Assembly: GCA_028864975.1 (NCBI GenBank)
Contig: JAGWLG010000022.1
Location: 1 to 58,481 of the forward strand
Source: Thermoplasmata archaeon
GTDB taxonomy: Archaea > Thermoplasmatota > Thermoplasmata > Lutacidiplasmatales > UBA184
Direction of reading: 5' to 3'
DNA length: 58,481 bases
Part shown: piece by piece, positions 45,777-54,740 of the stretch
Position numbering within the stretch: position 1 is the stretch's first letter
How the letters are laid out: every line of letters starts with the position of its first letter
Translations under genes and position numbers: made by a program
Notes under the pieces: generated by a model
Told to the model about the DNA's origin: nothing
The model's input: only the letters and a program-made list of their open reading frames with translations
The model's database searches: none

Positions 45777-47627
45777 ATGGCCGACCGGGGGGGTGAAGGG
45801 CCCAACGGGGTGCCCTCCCAGCTCCGTTTGCGCTGGTCTCTCCCTGAGAACGCGGGACTCCTCCTCCTGGCCTCGTTCGTTCTTCTCGGCGTGTTCCTGG
45901 GCTTGGAACCGCTTCTCTCCTTCTCCTCCTGGGGGTCCGATAGCGGAGAGTACGCGTTCCTGACCAGCGCCCTCCTCTCCCACGGTCGCTTCCTTCTCGG
46001 GGGGTTCACGGGCTGGGGGTTCGGGTATCCCTACTTCCCCGGGATGTTCGAGGTCGGCGCGGGCGTCGCGGGCGCGACGGGTTCCGACCCGCTGCTCTCG
46101 CTTGAGGTCGCCGTCCCGGCGCTCGCGGCCCTCTCGGTGGTCCCGGTCTACCTGCTCTTCCGCCGGCTCTACCCGTCGGAACCTGTCGCGCTGCTCGGGG
46201 CGGGGCTCGTGGCGGTCGCCTTCCCCCGGGTTTTCGTCCTCTCCCACGCGGCCCCAGCCTCCCTGGGCGACCTTCTCGTGGTGGGGGGCCTCTGGACCCT
46301 CCTGGAGCAGCGGCGCGACCCTCGATGGTGGGCACTGCTCCTCCCCACGAGCCTGGCGCTGGTCCTGACCCACCACCTCTCCTCCTACTTCTTCCTCCTA
46401 TCTGCCCTGGGGATCGTCGTCGGGCTCGAGCTCTACGCGCCGGGGCGATTGTCCCGGAGGTTTCCCGCCCGCGAGATGCTCTTCCTGGGTGGGTTCACGG
46501 GGGTCCTCTTCGCCTACTGGTTCGTGTACGCCCCTCCCTTCGCGCAGATCGTCGCCGAAGGACTGCCAGGGGCCCCCCTGTGGACCGCACCGGCCCTTGC
46601 CTGGCTCGGGATCGGCGTGTGCGCCCTCCTCATCCTCGTGCGGCGCAAGGGCCTCCTCCTCCGCCCTGGCCCGCTCTGGAAGGCCCACTGGCCCGGCCGC
46701 GCCCACACGGTCCGCGACGCGCTGCTCCTGGGGGGCCTGATGCTCGCGGGACTCTCCTACCTCTTGGTCCGGCCCCTCCCGGGGACGTCGGACGTGGTGC
46801 CGTGGACCGACATCCTCTGGTTCGCACCCTTTCTGGTCCTGCTTCCTCTCCTCGCAGGAGGCCGGGGCCTCGGGAGTCTCACACGATACGGCTCCGTACC
46901 GGTCGCCTGGTTCGGGGCGGTCGCGCTCTCGGCCACCTTCGCCCTGAGCACGGCGAACGAGGCGATCCCTCCCGACCGGCACGTGGAGTTCCTCGCCCTC
47001 CCCTTGCTCCTGTTGGTGGCCATGGTGCTCGGACGCGTCCTCTCGGGCTTGGCGACGGTCGATGCTCCACGGCGCGCGGGGCTCGCCTTCGCCATCGGAG
47101 GGGTCGTGCTGCTGGTAGCCTCAAATGCGGCCATCGTCTACCCTCCTCCCTCCCTACTAGAGGGGTTCCAAGAGGGGCTCTCTCCCTCGGATGTGGGCAT
47201 GGTGAGCTGGACCGTGGCCGAGCTTCCGAGCGAGGCGACGCTCGCTTCCGACCATCGGATCTCGGACCTCTACTTCGGAGGCTCGGGCCGACCGGCTACG
47301 TGGGGGTCGGCGACCTGCCTCTTCGTGGGGAACAACAGCACCTGCGCGCTGGAGGAGCTTCGCGGGCTCATCTATCCACTCGGCCCCGACAAGGACCCGC
47401 TCCGTCCGATCGATGCGGTGGCTGTCGACCCCACCATGCGCCACCAGGGTGTGGCGCTCGACCCGAACGCTCCCGCGCTGCCGATGTCCTCCTGTGCGAT
47501 GGGATGGCTCCAGGGGAGTGGTCTCGTCGAGCTCTACGATTCCGGCGGCGACTCGGTCTGGTGGGTGGAACTGAGCGCTCTCCCCGGACCCCCCATCGGG
47601 GGTCCGTGTGCTGGAACCTCCACCTAG
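45777..47627 (+). CDS. Polytopic membrane protein, GT-C glycosyltransferase-like
   Basis: DSGEY in the first loop, YFPG and LTHHLSS motifs, many TMs, soluble C-terminal domain. Confidence 0.65.
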   Translation: MADRGGEGPNGVPSQLRLRWSLPENAGLLLLASFVLLGVFLGLEPLLSFSSWGSDSGEYAFLTSALLSHGRFLLGGFTGWGFGYPYFPGMFEVGAGVAGATGSDPLLSLEVAVPALAALSVVPVYLLFRRLYPSEPVALLGAGLVAVAFPRVFVLSHAAPASLGDLLVVGGLWTLLEQRRDPRWWALLLPTSLALVLTHHLSSYFFLLSALGIVVGLELYAPGRLSRRFPAREMLFLGGFTGVLFAYWFVYAPPFAQIVAEGLPGAPLWTAPALAWLGIGVCALLILVRRKGLLLRPGPLWKAHWPGRAHTVRDALLLGGLMLAGLSYLLVRPLPGTSDVVPWTDILWFAPFLVLLPLLAGGRGLGSLTRYGSVPVAWFGAVALSATFALSTANEAIPPDRHVEFLALPLLLLVAMVLGRVLSGLATVDAPRRAGLAFAIGGVVLLVASNAAIVYPPPSLLEGFQEGLSPSDVGMVSWTVAELPSEATLASDHRISDLYFGGSGRPATWGSATCLFVGNNSTCALEELRGLIYPLGPDKDPLRPIDAVAVDPTMRHQGVALDPNAPALPMSSCAMGWLQGSGLVELYDSGGDSVWWVELSALPGPPIGGPCAGTST

Positions 47628-48589
47628 CCTCGGGTCCGCACAGGAGGACGGCTCTCCAACAACCCTCCGACCAAGAGGGGGAGCAGGACGGTCACGTCCC
47701 CTTCGACGGTCACTTGCCGGGCGTTCGGCTTGACCTTGCCCCAGCTCACGGCCTCGCGGAGGCGAGCCCCCGAGAGCGAGCCGTCCCACTCGGCCGCCGT
47801 GGTGATGTAGACCGCGCTGTCCAGGCCGCCTCGGAACTGGTTCCACCAGATCACGTGGTGTTTCGAGATCCCTCCCCCGAGGATCAGGGCATGGCTTCGC
47901 TTCGCCTCGAAGACCAGGTCGGAGAGCTCCTGCTCATCCCGGAACAGGTCGAAGGCGAGCTCCCGGTGGTCCTGCCAGAACATCCAGAGCTGGCTCCCCA
48001 CGGACCCATCGGTCGGACCCGGCACGTACACTGGGACCTTCGCCTCGTAGGCGGCGCGGCAGATCGACCCCGCCCCCCGGCGAGAGCCGAGCGACTCCCC
48101 GATCGCCCAGACGAGCTCCCGGGTGGAGACCTTGCGGTGGCCCTCCCTCCAGAGCTTCTCGAGGATCGGACGCATCTTCCGTTCGAGGATCCCTCCGTAG
48201 TTGTCCTGGGGGATGACGACGTTCCCGAGACGGTAGACATGGCGGCGGGCGAGCGCCCGGTCGTCCAGAAGCCAGTCCCCCTCGTAGTACGGCCTCCAGG
48301 CGCGCGCCAGGTCATGGTCGAGCGTCCCGCAGGTCGTGATGACCACGTCGACGAACCTCCTCCGGATGAGCTCGGCGAGGACGCCACGGGTCCCCGTGGC
48401 CACGATGTCCGCAGGGAAGGAGAGGAACGTGGTCCCGTCGCGGTCGCGCACCATCCCGTCCAGGATCTGGGAGGCCTGGGCGAGCCCCTTCGCGGAGAAC
48501 CCGCCCGCGAGGTCGAACGAACGCAGGAGCTTCCCGGGCGAGGCGAGGTCCCGAGCTGCGAGGTCGCGGACGGGGCGCCGCTTCGGCAT
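47624..48589 (-). CDS. dys: Deoxyhypusine synthase
   Basis: GGFSA, LSFPADIVATG, TTCG.LDHD, RLGNV, DGSVG, ILGGGISKH, DGSLSGA and EAVSWGK motifs. Confidence 0.95.
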   Translation of the reverse strand: MPKRRPVRDLAARDLASPGKLLRSFDLAGGFSAKGLAQASQILDGMVRDRDGTTFLSFPADIVATGTRGVLAELIRRRFVDVVITTCGTLDHDLARAWRPYYEGDWLLDDRALARRHVYRLGNVVIPQDNYGGILERKMRPILEKLWREGHRKVSTRELVWAIGESLGSRRGAGSICRAAYEAKVPVYVPGPTDGSVGSQLWMFWQDHRELAFDLFRDEQELSDLVFEAKRSHALILGGGISKHHVIWWNQFRGGLDSAVYITTAAEWDGSLSGARLREAVSWGKVKPNARQVTVEGDVTVLLPLLVGGLLESRPPVRTRG

Positions 48590-48679
48590 GGACGGCCGAC
48601 GCAGGCCCGTTCGGACATAAGGGGGTGGGGGTGCCCGTCGCCCCTCCCGGTTAAGACCTCGTAGACCTTCGGGGGGTCG

Positions 48680-49573
48680 ATGGTCCCGGCGGACGCGGCC
48701 CCCACCTCCCCCTCCCGGGACACCGAGAACGCCCTTCGACGAGGACTGGAGGTCCTCCGAGCTTTCCCAGGGCCGCTCCAGGGCGAGAGACCCGTGCCCC
48801 CGAGCGCGGACCCCACGTCCGAGGTCCTGAAGGACGCGGAGGAGACCCTCCGGGCGCTCCGCAGAGAGATCGAAGCCCTCGGGCCCTGGTTCGAGACGTT
48901 CGTCGGCTCCTCGCTCGTCGTCACCATGGCCACCCGGTCCATCGACGAGGCCTTGGAGCCCTTCTCGCTCCATCTGCATCAGCTGCGGGAGCCTCCCTCC
49001 CAGGTCGTTTCCCTGGTCGCGCGACCGGTCCACGTCGCCTCCGAGCGCCTCCAGGCCGTGATCGAACTGCTCCCAGGCCACGTGCGGCTGGCACGCCGGA
49101 TGAGCGCACGGGAGCGGTCCTTCGGGGAGCGGGTCCAGGCGATGCCCCGCAAGCTGCGGCGCAGGTTCTACGTGGGCCTTCTGCTGGGTGTCCTCTTCCT
49201 CCTCTCCGTGGCCGTCGGGGCGGTCATCCTCCTCGTGCCTTCCGTGGGGGGGTCGCTCGGGGTCTCGAGCCTCATCGCGAAGTACGCGCCGACAAGCGCG
49301 GGGGTCATCGTCATGGCCGTCCTCTTCTTCACCGGGGCGCGTCTCATCCTGGGATCCATCTGGCTCACCCGGACGATCTCGATCCTTCCCCAGTACGAGG
49401 AGCGCCGCGTCGACGCGGCGAAGGCGGGGATCGCCCGAAGGGAGACCCAGGTCCTCGGGAAGCTCGCCCCCAAGTCCGAAAGCCCGGACCCTCTCGCCTC
49501 CCCCGGGACCTCGGGGAGCTCCGCCCCCGCTCGAGTTCCACCGGCCTCAGAGCTGCGGGAGCGTGATGCCTAG
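48680..49573 (+). CDS. Hypothetical protein with two TMs
   Basis: Helical N-terminus and two hydrophobic segments; TTAAG upstream. Confidence 0.6.
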   Translation: MVPADAAPTSPSRDTENALRRGLEVLRAFPGPLQGERPVPPSADPTSEVLKDAEETLRALRREIEALGPWFETFVGSSLVVTMATRSIDEALEPFSLHLHQLREPPSQVVSLVARPVHVASERLQAVIELLPGHVRLARRMSARERSFGERVQAMPRKLRRRFYVGLLLGVLFLLSVAVGAVILLVPSVGGSLGVSSLIAKYAPTSAGVIVMAVLFFTGARLILGSIWLTRTISILPQYEERRVDAAKAGIARRETQVLGKLAPKSESPDPLASPGTSGSSAPARVPPASELRERDA

Positions 49574-50533
49574 GAGGGGCGTTGTGAAGTGGAAGAGCGC
49601 GAGGTACGCAAGCGCGTAGCCCAGGATCCCGAAGCCGTTCAGGAAGGGCAGGCCCGCCTGCGGGTTGCCGCGCGAGACCAGGTACATCAGGATCGCGTAG
49701 CCCAGGAGCGAGCCCAACATCGCCGCGAGCGCGACGAGAAGGTTCGCGGGAACCCCGCCCAGGAAGGGAGAGCCCTTCGCCACGTTGACGAACGCGCTCA
49801 CCACGAGGATGCCCGGGATGACGACGTCGCCGAGCCCCATGAACGTCGCCTCTCGCTCCTCCGGCGCGGCCTTCACCTTCGCCCGGGCCTCCTTCATCGG
49901 GGCGCTCTTCGTGTAGTCGAAGTTCGGCTCCGTCGGCATCACGAGGAGGATCGGGAGCTTCATGTCGGAGACGACGTCGGCCAGCGAGACCATGTGTTTG
50001 GTGCCGTAGACCGCGATTGCATCGTAGACCATCAGCACCGCCATCAGGACCAGGACCGGCAGCAGTCCCAGCGAGATGCCCAGGATCGCCGTGAGGCTCC
50101 CCGCGGCCAGGTAGCCCACCGTGTCCACGATGTACCACTGAGGCTCCAGAAGGAGCAGGAGGAAGACGAGGGCGGTGACCATGGCCCCGGCGTAGAACCC
50201 GAGGTCGATGAGCGAGATGCCCCCTTGGATCACGAAGGGTCCGGGCAGCAGGAGGTCCAGCGTCGGGCCGATGGTGAAGATCAGCGACAGGGCGATCGCG
50301 AACAGGATGAAGAACCGGATCATCGAGACGCGGTTCGGGGCGTACTTCGCGATCGCAAGGATGACGAGCGGGATCGCCACGATGGCGACCAGGAAGGGAA
50401 GGATGTTGGTGAGGGAGTTCGGCGAGGCGTTCGTCTGGAGCCCCGCGTGGATGTACGGGAGGGCGAGCGCGATCGCCGTGAGCTGGGAGCCGACGTAGAG
50501 CCCGAGGAGCCCAAAGGACTGGAGGGACCGCAT
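49547..50533 (-). CDS. Presenilin/SPP-family intramembrane aspartyl protease
   Basis: YDAIAV, MGLGD and QAGLPFLN motifs. Confidence 0.93.
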   Translation of the reverse strand: MRSLQSFGLLGLYVGSQLTAIALALPYIHAGLQTNASPNSLTNILPFLVAIVAIPLVILAIAKYAPNRVSMIRFFILFAIALSLIFTIGPTLDLLLPGPFVIQGGISLIDLGFYAGAMVTALVFLLLLLEPQWYIVDTVGYLAAGSLTAILGISLGLLPVLVLMAVLMVYDAIAVYGTKHMVSLADVVSDMKLPILLVMPTEPNFDYTKSAPMKEARAKVKAAPEEREATFMGLGDVVIPGILVVSAFVNVAKGSPFLGGVPANLLVALAAMLGSLLGYAILMYLVSRGNPQAGLPFLNGFGILGYALAYLALFHFTTPLLGITLPQL

Positions 50534-50548
50534 GGTGGCCGTTGGGGC

Positions 50549-51172
50549 CTAGGGCTCCAGGGTCCCGAACCCCGTGTTCCCCACGACCTTCGTGATCTTC
50601 ACCTTGACCGTGACCCCCTTCTGTCGGGCCCCGGTCACGAAGATGACGAACCCTTCCTTCCGCGCCACCCCGTCGCCCCGCCGACTGATGTCCTCGATCG
50701 GGAGCTTGTAGATCTCGCCCACGATGACGGGCCCCTTCGGCTTCTCCGCGACGGCCACGCGCCGGACGTGCACGGGACGCTGAGCGCCGCAGGCCTCGCA
50801 GACGAGCATCGGCACGCGCCCGGCCTTGTCCAGGTGCGTGTCCGGGCGGTGGCACTCGCTGCAGATGACGAACCGGTCGGTGTACTCCCGGATCTTCGTC
50901 GCCATCTGGTCCTGGGAGATCTTGCTCTTGAGCGCGCCTCGAGGGCCGTCCATGACCCCCGGGCACCCGAACTCCTTCGCCAGGAAGTTCAGGATGTGCT
51001 CGGGTTCCCGTCGGAGCTGGTCCCCGATGTCCTTCATGTTGCGCACGACGGTGACCTTGCCGTCGTACATCATCTCGGGGGTCGGGACGGTGAACCGCTC
51101 GGACCGTTTGGGCGTCGCCGGGAGGAGCGAGCGGGCGCGGTCGAGCAAAGCCTCGTAGGTCGCCGTCGCCAT
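50549..51172 (-). CDS. eif2b: Translation initiation factor aIF-2 beta with TRAM domain
   Basis: YEALLDRA, RFTVP, CSECHRPDT and CEACGA motifs; TRAM GDGVARKEGFVIFV. Confidence 0.95.
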   Translation of the reverse strand: MATATYEALLDRARSLLPATPKRSERFTVPTPEMMYDGKVTVVRNMKDIGDQLRREPEHILNFLAKEFGCPGVMDGPRGALKSKISQDQMATKIREYTDRFVICSECHRPDTHLDKAGRVPMLVCEACGAQRPVHVRRVAVAEKPKGPVIVGEIYKLPIEDISRRGDGVARKEGFVIFVTGARQKGVTVKVKITKVVGNTGFGTLEP

Positions 51173-51321
51173 TCGTTCTGTCCCACTCGGGGCCCCCTGA
51201 TAAAGCTCCCGTGGGCGGGGCCGACATCGGAGGTGGAGCTTCGGGCCGGGGGCCCGAGGCTCCCCGACGGAACCTCAGGGTCCCTCGGACCGCCTCGATA
51301 GCTGCGCGCGCGCGGGGACCT

Positions 51322-51975
51322 TCAGGGAGCGAGGATCGGGATGAGCCGCCGGAGGTCGCGCTCCTCCACCACCACGGAAGCGTGCCGTCGGACCAATTCG
51401 TCGTCGGGCGCGAAGGCGACCGAGAGCCGGGAGGCCCGGAAGAGCCCCACGTCAATCTCGGAGTTCCCGACGGAGGCCGTCTCCTGCGGTCCGATCCGCA
51501 TCCGCGTCTGAAGCTCGCGGAGCACCTGCTCCTTCCTCTTCACGGGGACCCGGATGATCCCTCGCACCAGACGGCCTCCGTTCTCCGTCTCGAATCCGTT
51601 CGCGAGCGCAACGTCGACGCTGAGCTCCTTCTGCAGCCGCTCGGCGAGGATATCGAGCCCGCCGCTGACGATCGCCGTCCTCAGTCCCTTCGCGTGCAGC
51701 GCTTCGAAGAGCTCCCGTGCCCCGGGCATCAGCGGCACGTCGGCGAGGATGCGTCGGAGGTCCCCCAGGGAGATGTCGGGCTTGTGCCGGCGCCAGAGCT
51801 GGAGGTCCCGGCGCGTGAACTCCACGTCGTCGATCTGGTCCGACATGAAGGCCCGCAGCGCCTCGTCGTTGTTGTCGCGAAAGTGTCGGTGGACCTCCGC
51901 CCAGGAGCTCATCACGTCGACGAGGGTGCCGTCCATGTCGAACGCGACCAAGCGGAGCGGGGGAGGGTCGGTCAT
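51322..51975 (-). CDS. HAD hydrolase, phosphoserine phosphatase-like
   Basis: FDMDGTL, IVSGG, K and VGNSEID motifs; ATGA overlap with valS. Confidence 0.85.
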   Translation of the reverse strand: MTDPPPLRLVAFDMDGTLVDVMSSWAEVHRHFRDNNDEALRAFMSDQIDDVEFTRRDLQLWRRHKPDISLGDLRRILADVPLMPGARELFEALHAKGLRTAIVSGGLDILAERLQKELSVDVALANGFETENGGRLVRGIIRVPVKRKEQVLRELQTRMRIGPQETASVGNSEIDVGLFRASRLSVAFAPDDELVRRHASVVVEERDLRRLIPILAP

Positions 51976-54740
51976 GCGGAGGGTTCCGTCTCGGGAGCTC
52001 GCAAGTGCTCCTCGAGCAATCGGAGCCTCTCGGAGAGCTCCTTCTCCTTCGCCTCCACCTCTTGGACCACCTTCGGCGGGGCCTTCCCCCGGAAGGTCGC
52101 ATCGGCGAGCCGCGCTCGCGTCTTCGACAGCAGGTCGGAGACCAGGTCGCGCTCCTTGCGGAGCGCCGAGCTCTCCCCGCTCGAGCCCGCCGCCCCGGCG
52201 GGAGGAACGAGGAACACCTCGGCCGATGGCGTCACGAGCGCGCGCGCCCCCTCCGGTGGGGCATCGCCCGCCAGGAACTGAAAGCTCGCGGCCCCTGCGA
52301 CCGCACAGGTCACCGCCGCCACTTCCGGGACCTGGAGCAGAGCGGCGGCCGCGGCGGTCCTCGGGCGGGCGAACGCCACGGGTCGGGCACTCGGGGAGAG
52401 ATGGGCATCGGCCTTCAGCGTCCGGAGGCCGCGGGCGATCTCCATCCAGGCGCTGACCGTCGCTTCGGCCCCAACATCGCTCGGGAGCTCCGCCGCGGAG
52501 GGCCAGGCAGCCACCGCGAGGCTCTCGCCCGTGTGAGGAAGGTGCGTCCAGAGCTCCTCGGAGATGTGAGGAACGAACGGGTGGAGGAGCCGGAGCGTGC
52601 GCTCCAGGACCGCCGCCCCCGTCCGGGCGGCCTGTTCCTGGGGGCCCTTCCCCGCGCGTCCCGACAACCTCTCCTTCGCGGCCTCCGCCCACCAGTCGGC
52701 CAGCTCGTGCCAGAGGAACTGATGCAGGACCCCTGCGGCACCGGTGAGGTCGAACCTCGAGAGGCGGTCCTCGACCTCCTGGGCAGTGTGCGACCAACGG
52801 GACGCGATCCATCGGTCCATGAGCGGGGCCTCCTCCAGGTGGGGCGGGGAACTGTCCGCGAGAGAGGAAGTCGCGGGCTCGACGAGGCGGGTCAGGTTCC
52901 ACACCTTCGTCAGGAAGTTCCGGGAGCCCTCCATCATCTTCTGGGGGTCCCACGCGCCCCCGTCCTCGACCGGGAGGGGGAAGAGGAGGGCGAACCGGAA
53001 CGCGTCCGCCCCCCACTGCTGGATGATCTCGATCGGATCGGGGGAGTTCCCTAGGTGTTTCGAGAGCTTGCGCCCCTGCCGGTCGGTCAGGATCCCCGTC
53101 AGGTACACGTAGGGGAAGGGCGGGGTGTCGAGGAACTGCAGTCCCCCCATGATCATCCGGGCCACCCAGAAGAACACGATGTCGGACCCCGTTCCGAGCA
53201 CCGAGACCGGGTAGTAGCGGGCGAGGTCGCCGGTCCGCTTCGGCCAGCCCAGCGTCGCGAAGGGCCAGAGCCAGGAAGAGAACCAGGTATCGAGCACGTC
53301 AGGGTCCTGGTGGAGCGCTTCCGAGCCACACTTGGGACAGGCCTTCGGGGGGACCTCGAAGGCGTCGTGGGCCTTGCACAGGTCGCAGTACCAGACCGGG
53401 ATCTCGTGGCCCCAGACCACCTGTCGGGAGATGCACCAGGGCTCGAGGTTCTCCATGAAGTTGTAGTAGGTCTTGAGCCACCGCTCCGGGATGATCCTCA
53501 CCTCTCCCTTCCTCACGGACTCGAGCGCTCTGAGGCCCATCTTCGACGTATCGACGAACCATTGGGTCGAGAGACGGGGTTCGATCGGCACCTCGCTACG
53601 CTCCGAGTGTCCCACGTTGTGCACGTGGAGCTCCTCCTTCACGAGCAGGCCCTGGCCACGGAGCTCCTCGACGATCGCCTTGCGGGCCGCGAAGCGCTCC
53701 ATGCCCCGGAAGCGCTCGGGCACGAACTCCCCCTCGAGCCGCCCTCGGTCATCGATCGTGTCACGCTTGGAGGGGAGCTCGGGATGCCGCAGCGCGATCT
53801 CGTGGTCCACACGGTCATGCGAAGGGGTCACCTTGAGCGCGCCCGTGCCGAAGGTGGGGTCGATGGCCTCGTCGGTGATGATCGGTACTCCGCGGTCCGT
53901 GAGGGGGAGGAGGACCTTCCGGCCGACCCAGGGGCCGTGGCGCTCGTCCTTGGGGTTCACGGCCACGGCCACGTCGCCGAAGATCGTCTCGGGGCGCGTG
54001 GTCGCCACCACGAACCCCTCGCCCCTCGCCGCCCTCGCAGGGTCCGTGTCCGGGTAACGGATGTACCATAGCTTTCCCTGCGTCTCCGTCGGGATCACCT
54101 CGAGGTCGGACAACGCGGTCCGCAGCTTCGGGTCCCAATTGATCATCCGCTCCGCCCGATAGACGAGCCCCTCGCGGTAGAGGGTCAGGAAGGCCGTACG
54201 GACCGCCTCCGAGTATCGGGGCTCCATGGTGTAGACGTACCGGCTCCAGTCCATCGAGAGCCCGTGGGCCGTGAGCTGACGGCGGATGTAGCGCTCCTTC
54301 TCGTGCCTCCACTCCTCGATCCTGGCGTGGAGCTCCTCACGCGAGAGGGTCCCCACGTTCACCCCCTTCTTCTCGAGGTCCTTGCGCACCGCCATCTGGG
54401 TCGCGACGCCTGCATGGTCGAGCCCGGGCAGGAAGAGCGTCGGGAGCCCTTTCATCCGCTGCCAGCGGCAGAGAAGGTCCTCGGTGGTCCCCTGCAAACT
54501 GTGCCCAAAGGTGAGGACGCCCGTCACGTTGGGTGGGGGGAACACGATGGTCCAGTGCGGGCCGGCCCCGTCGAGCTCGGGAGCACGGAAGAGCTGCTTC
54601 TCCTCCCAGAAGGACTGCCACTTCGGCTCGAAGCAGGCCGGGTCGTAGCGCTTGGGAAGCCCCGAGGTAACCTCCGCCCTCCGGCGTTCCTCCGAGAGCG
54701 GTCGCGGAGCGCTCCCCTCGGGGGTCGAGGGCTCCCTCAT
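51972..54740 (-). CDS. valS: Valyl-tRNA synthetase
   Basis: PPPNVTG, GLDHAG, ATTRPET, WCISRQ, DVLDTWFSS, GSDIVFFWVARM and C-terminal coiled coil. Confidence 0.97.
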   Translation of the reverse strand: MREPSTPEGSAPRPLSEERRRAEVTSGLPKRYDPACFEPKWQSFWEEKQLFRAPELDGAGPHWTIVFPPPNVTGVLTFGHSLQGTTEDLLCRWQRMKGLPTLFLPGLDHAGVATQMAVRKDLEKKGVNVGTLSREELHARIEEWRHEKERYIRRQLTAHGLSMDWSRYVYTMEPRYSEAVRTAFLTLYREGLVYRAERMINWDPKLRTALSDLEVIPTETQGKLWYIRYPDTDPARAARGEGFVVATTRPETIFGDVAVAVNPKDERHGPWVGRKVLLPLTDRGVPIITDEAIDPTFGTGALKVTPSHDRVDHEIALRHPELPSKRDTIDDRGRLEGEFVPERFRGMERFAARKAIVEELRGQGLLVKEELHVHNVGHSERSEVPIEPRLSTQWFVDTSKMGLRALESVRKGEVRIIPERWLKTYYNFMENLEPWCISRQVVWGHEIPVWYCDLCKAHDAFEVPPKACPKCGSEALHQDPDVLDTWFSSWLWPFATLGWPKRTGDLARYYPVSVLGTGSDIVFFWVARMIMGGLQFLDTPPFPYVYLTGILTDRQGRKLSKHLGNSPDPIEIIQQWGADAFRFALLFPLPVEDGGAWDPQKMMEGSRNFLTKVWNLTRLVEPATSSLADSSPPHLEEAPLMDRWIASRWSHTAQEVEDRLSRFDLTGAAGVLHQFLWHELADWWAEAAKERLSGRAGKGPQEQAARTGAAVLERTLRLLHPFVPHISEELWTHLPHTGESLAVAAWPSAAELPSDVGAEATVSAWMEIARGLRTLKADAHLSPSARPVAFARPRTAAAAALLQVPEVAAVTCAVAGAASFQFLAGDAPPEGARALVTPSAEVFLVPPAGAAGSSGESSALRKERDLVSDLLSKTRARLADATFRGKAPPKVVQEVEAKEKELSERLRLLEEHLRAPETEPSA

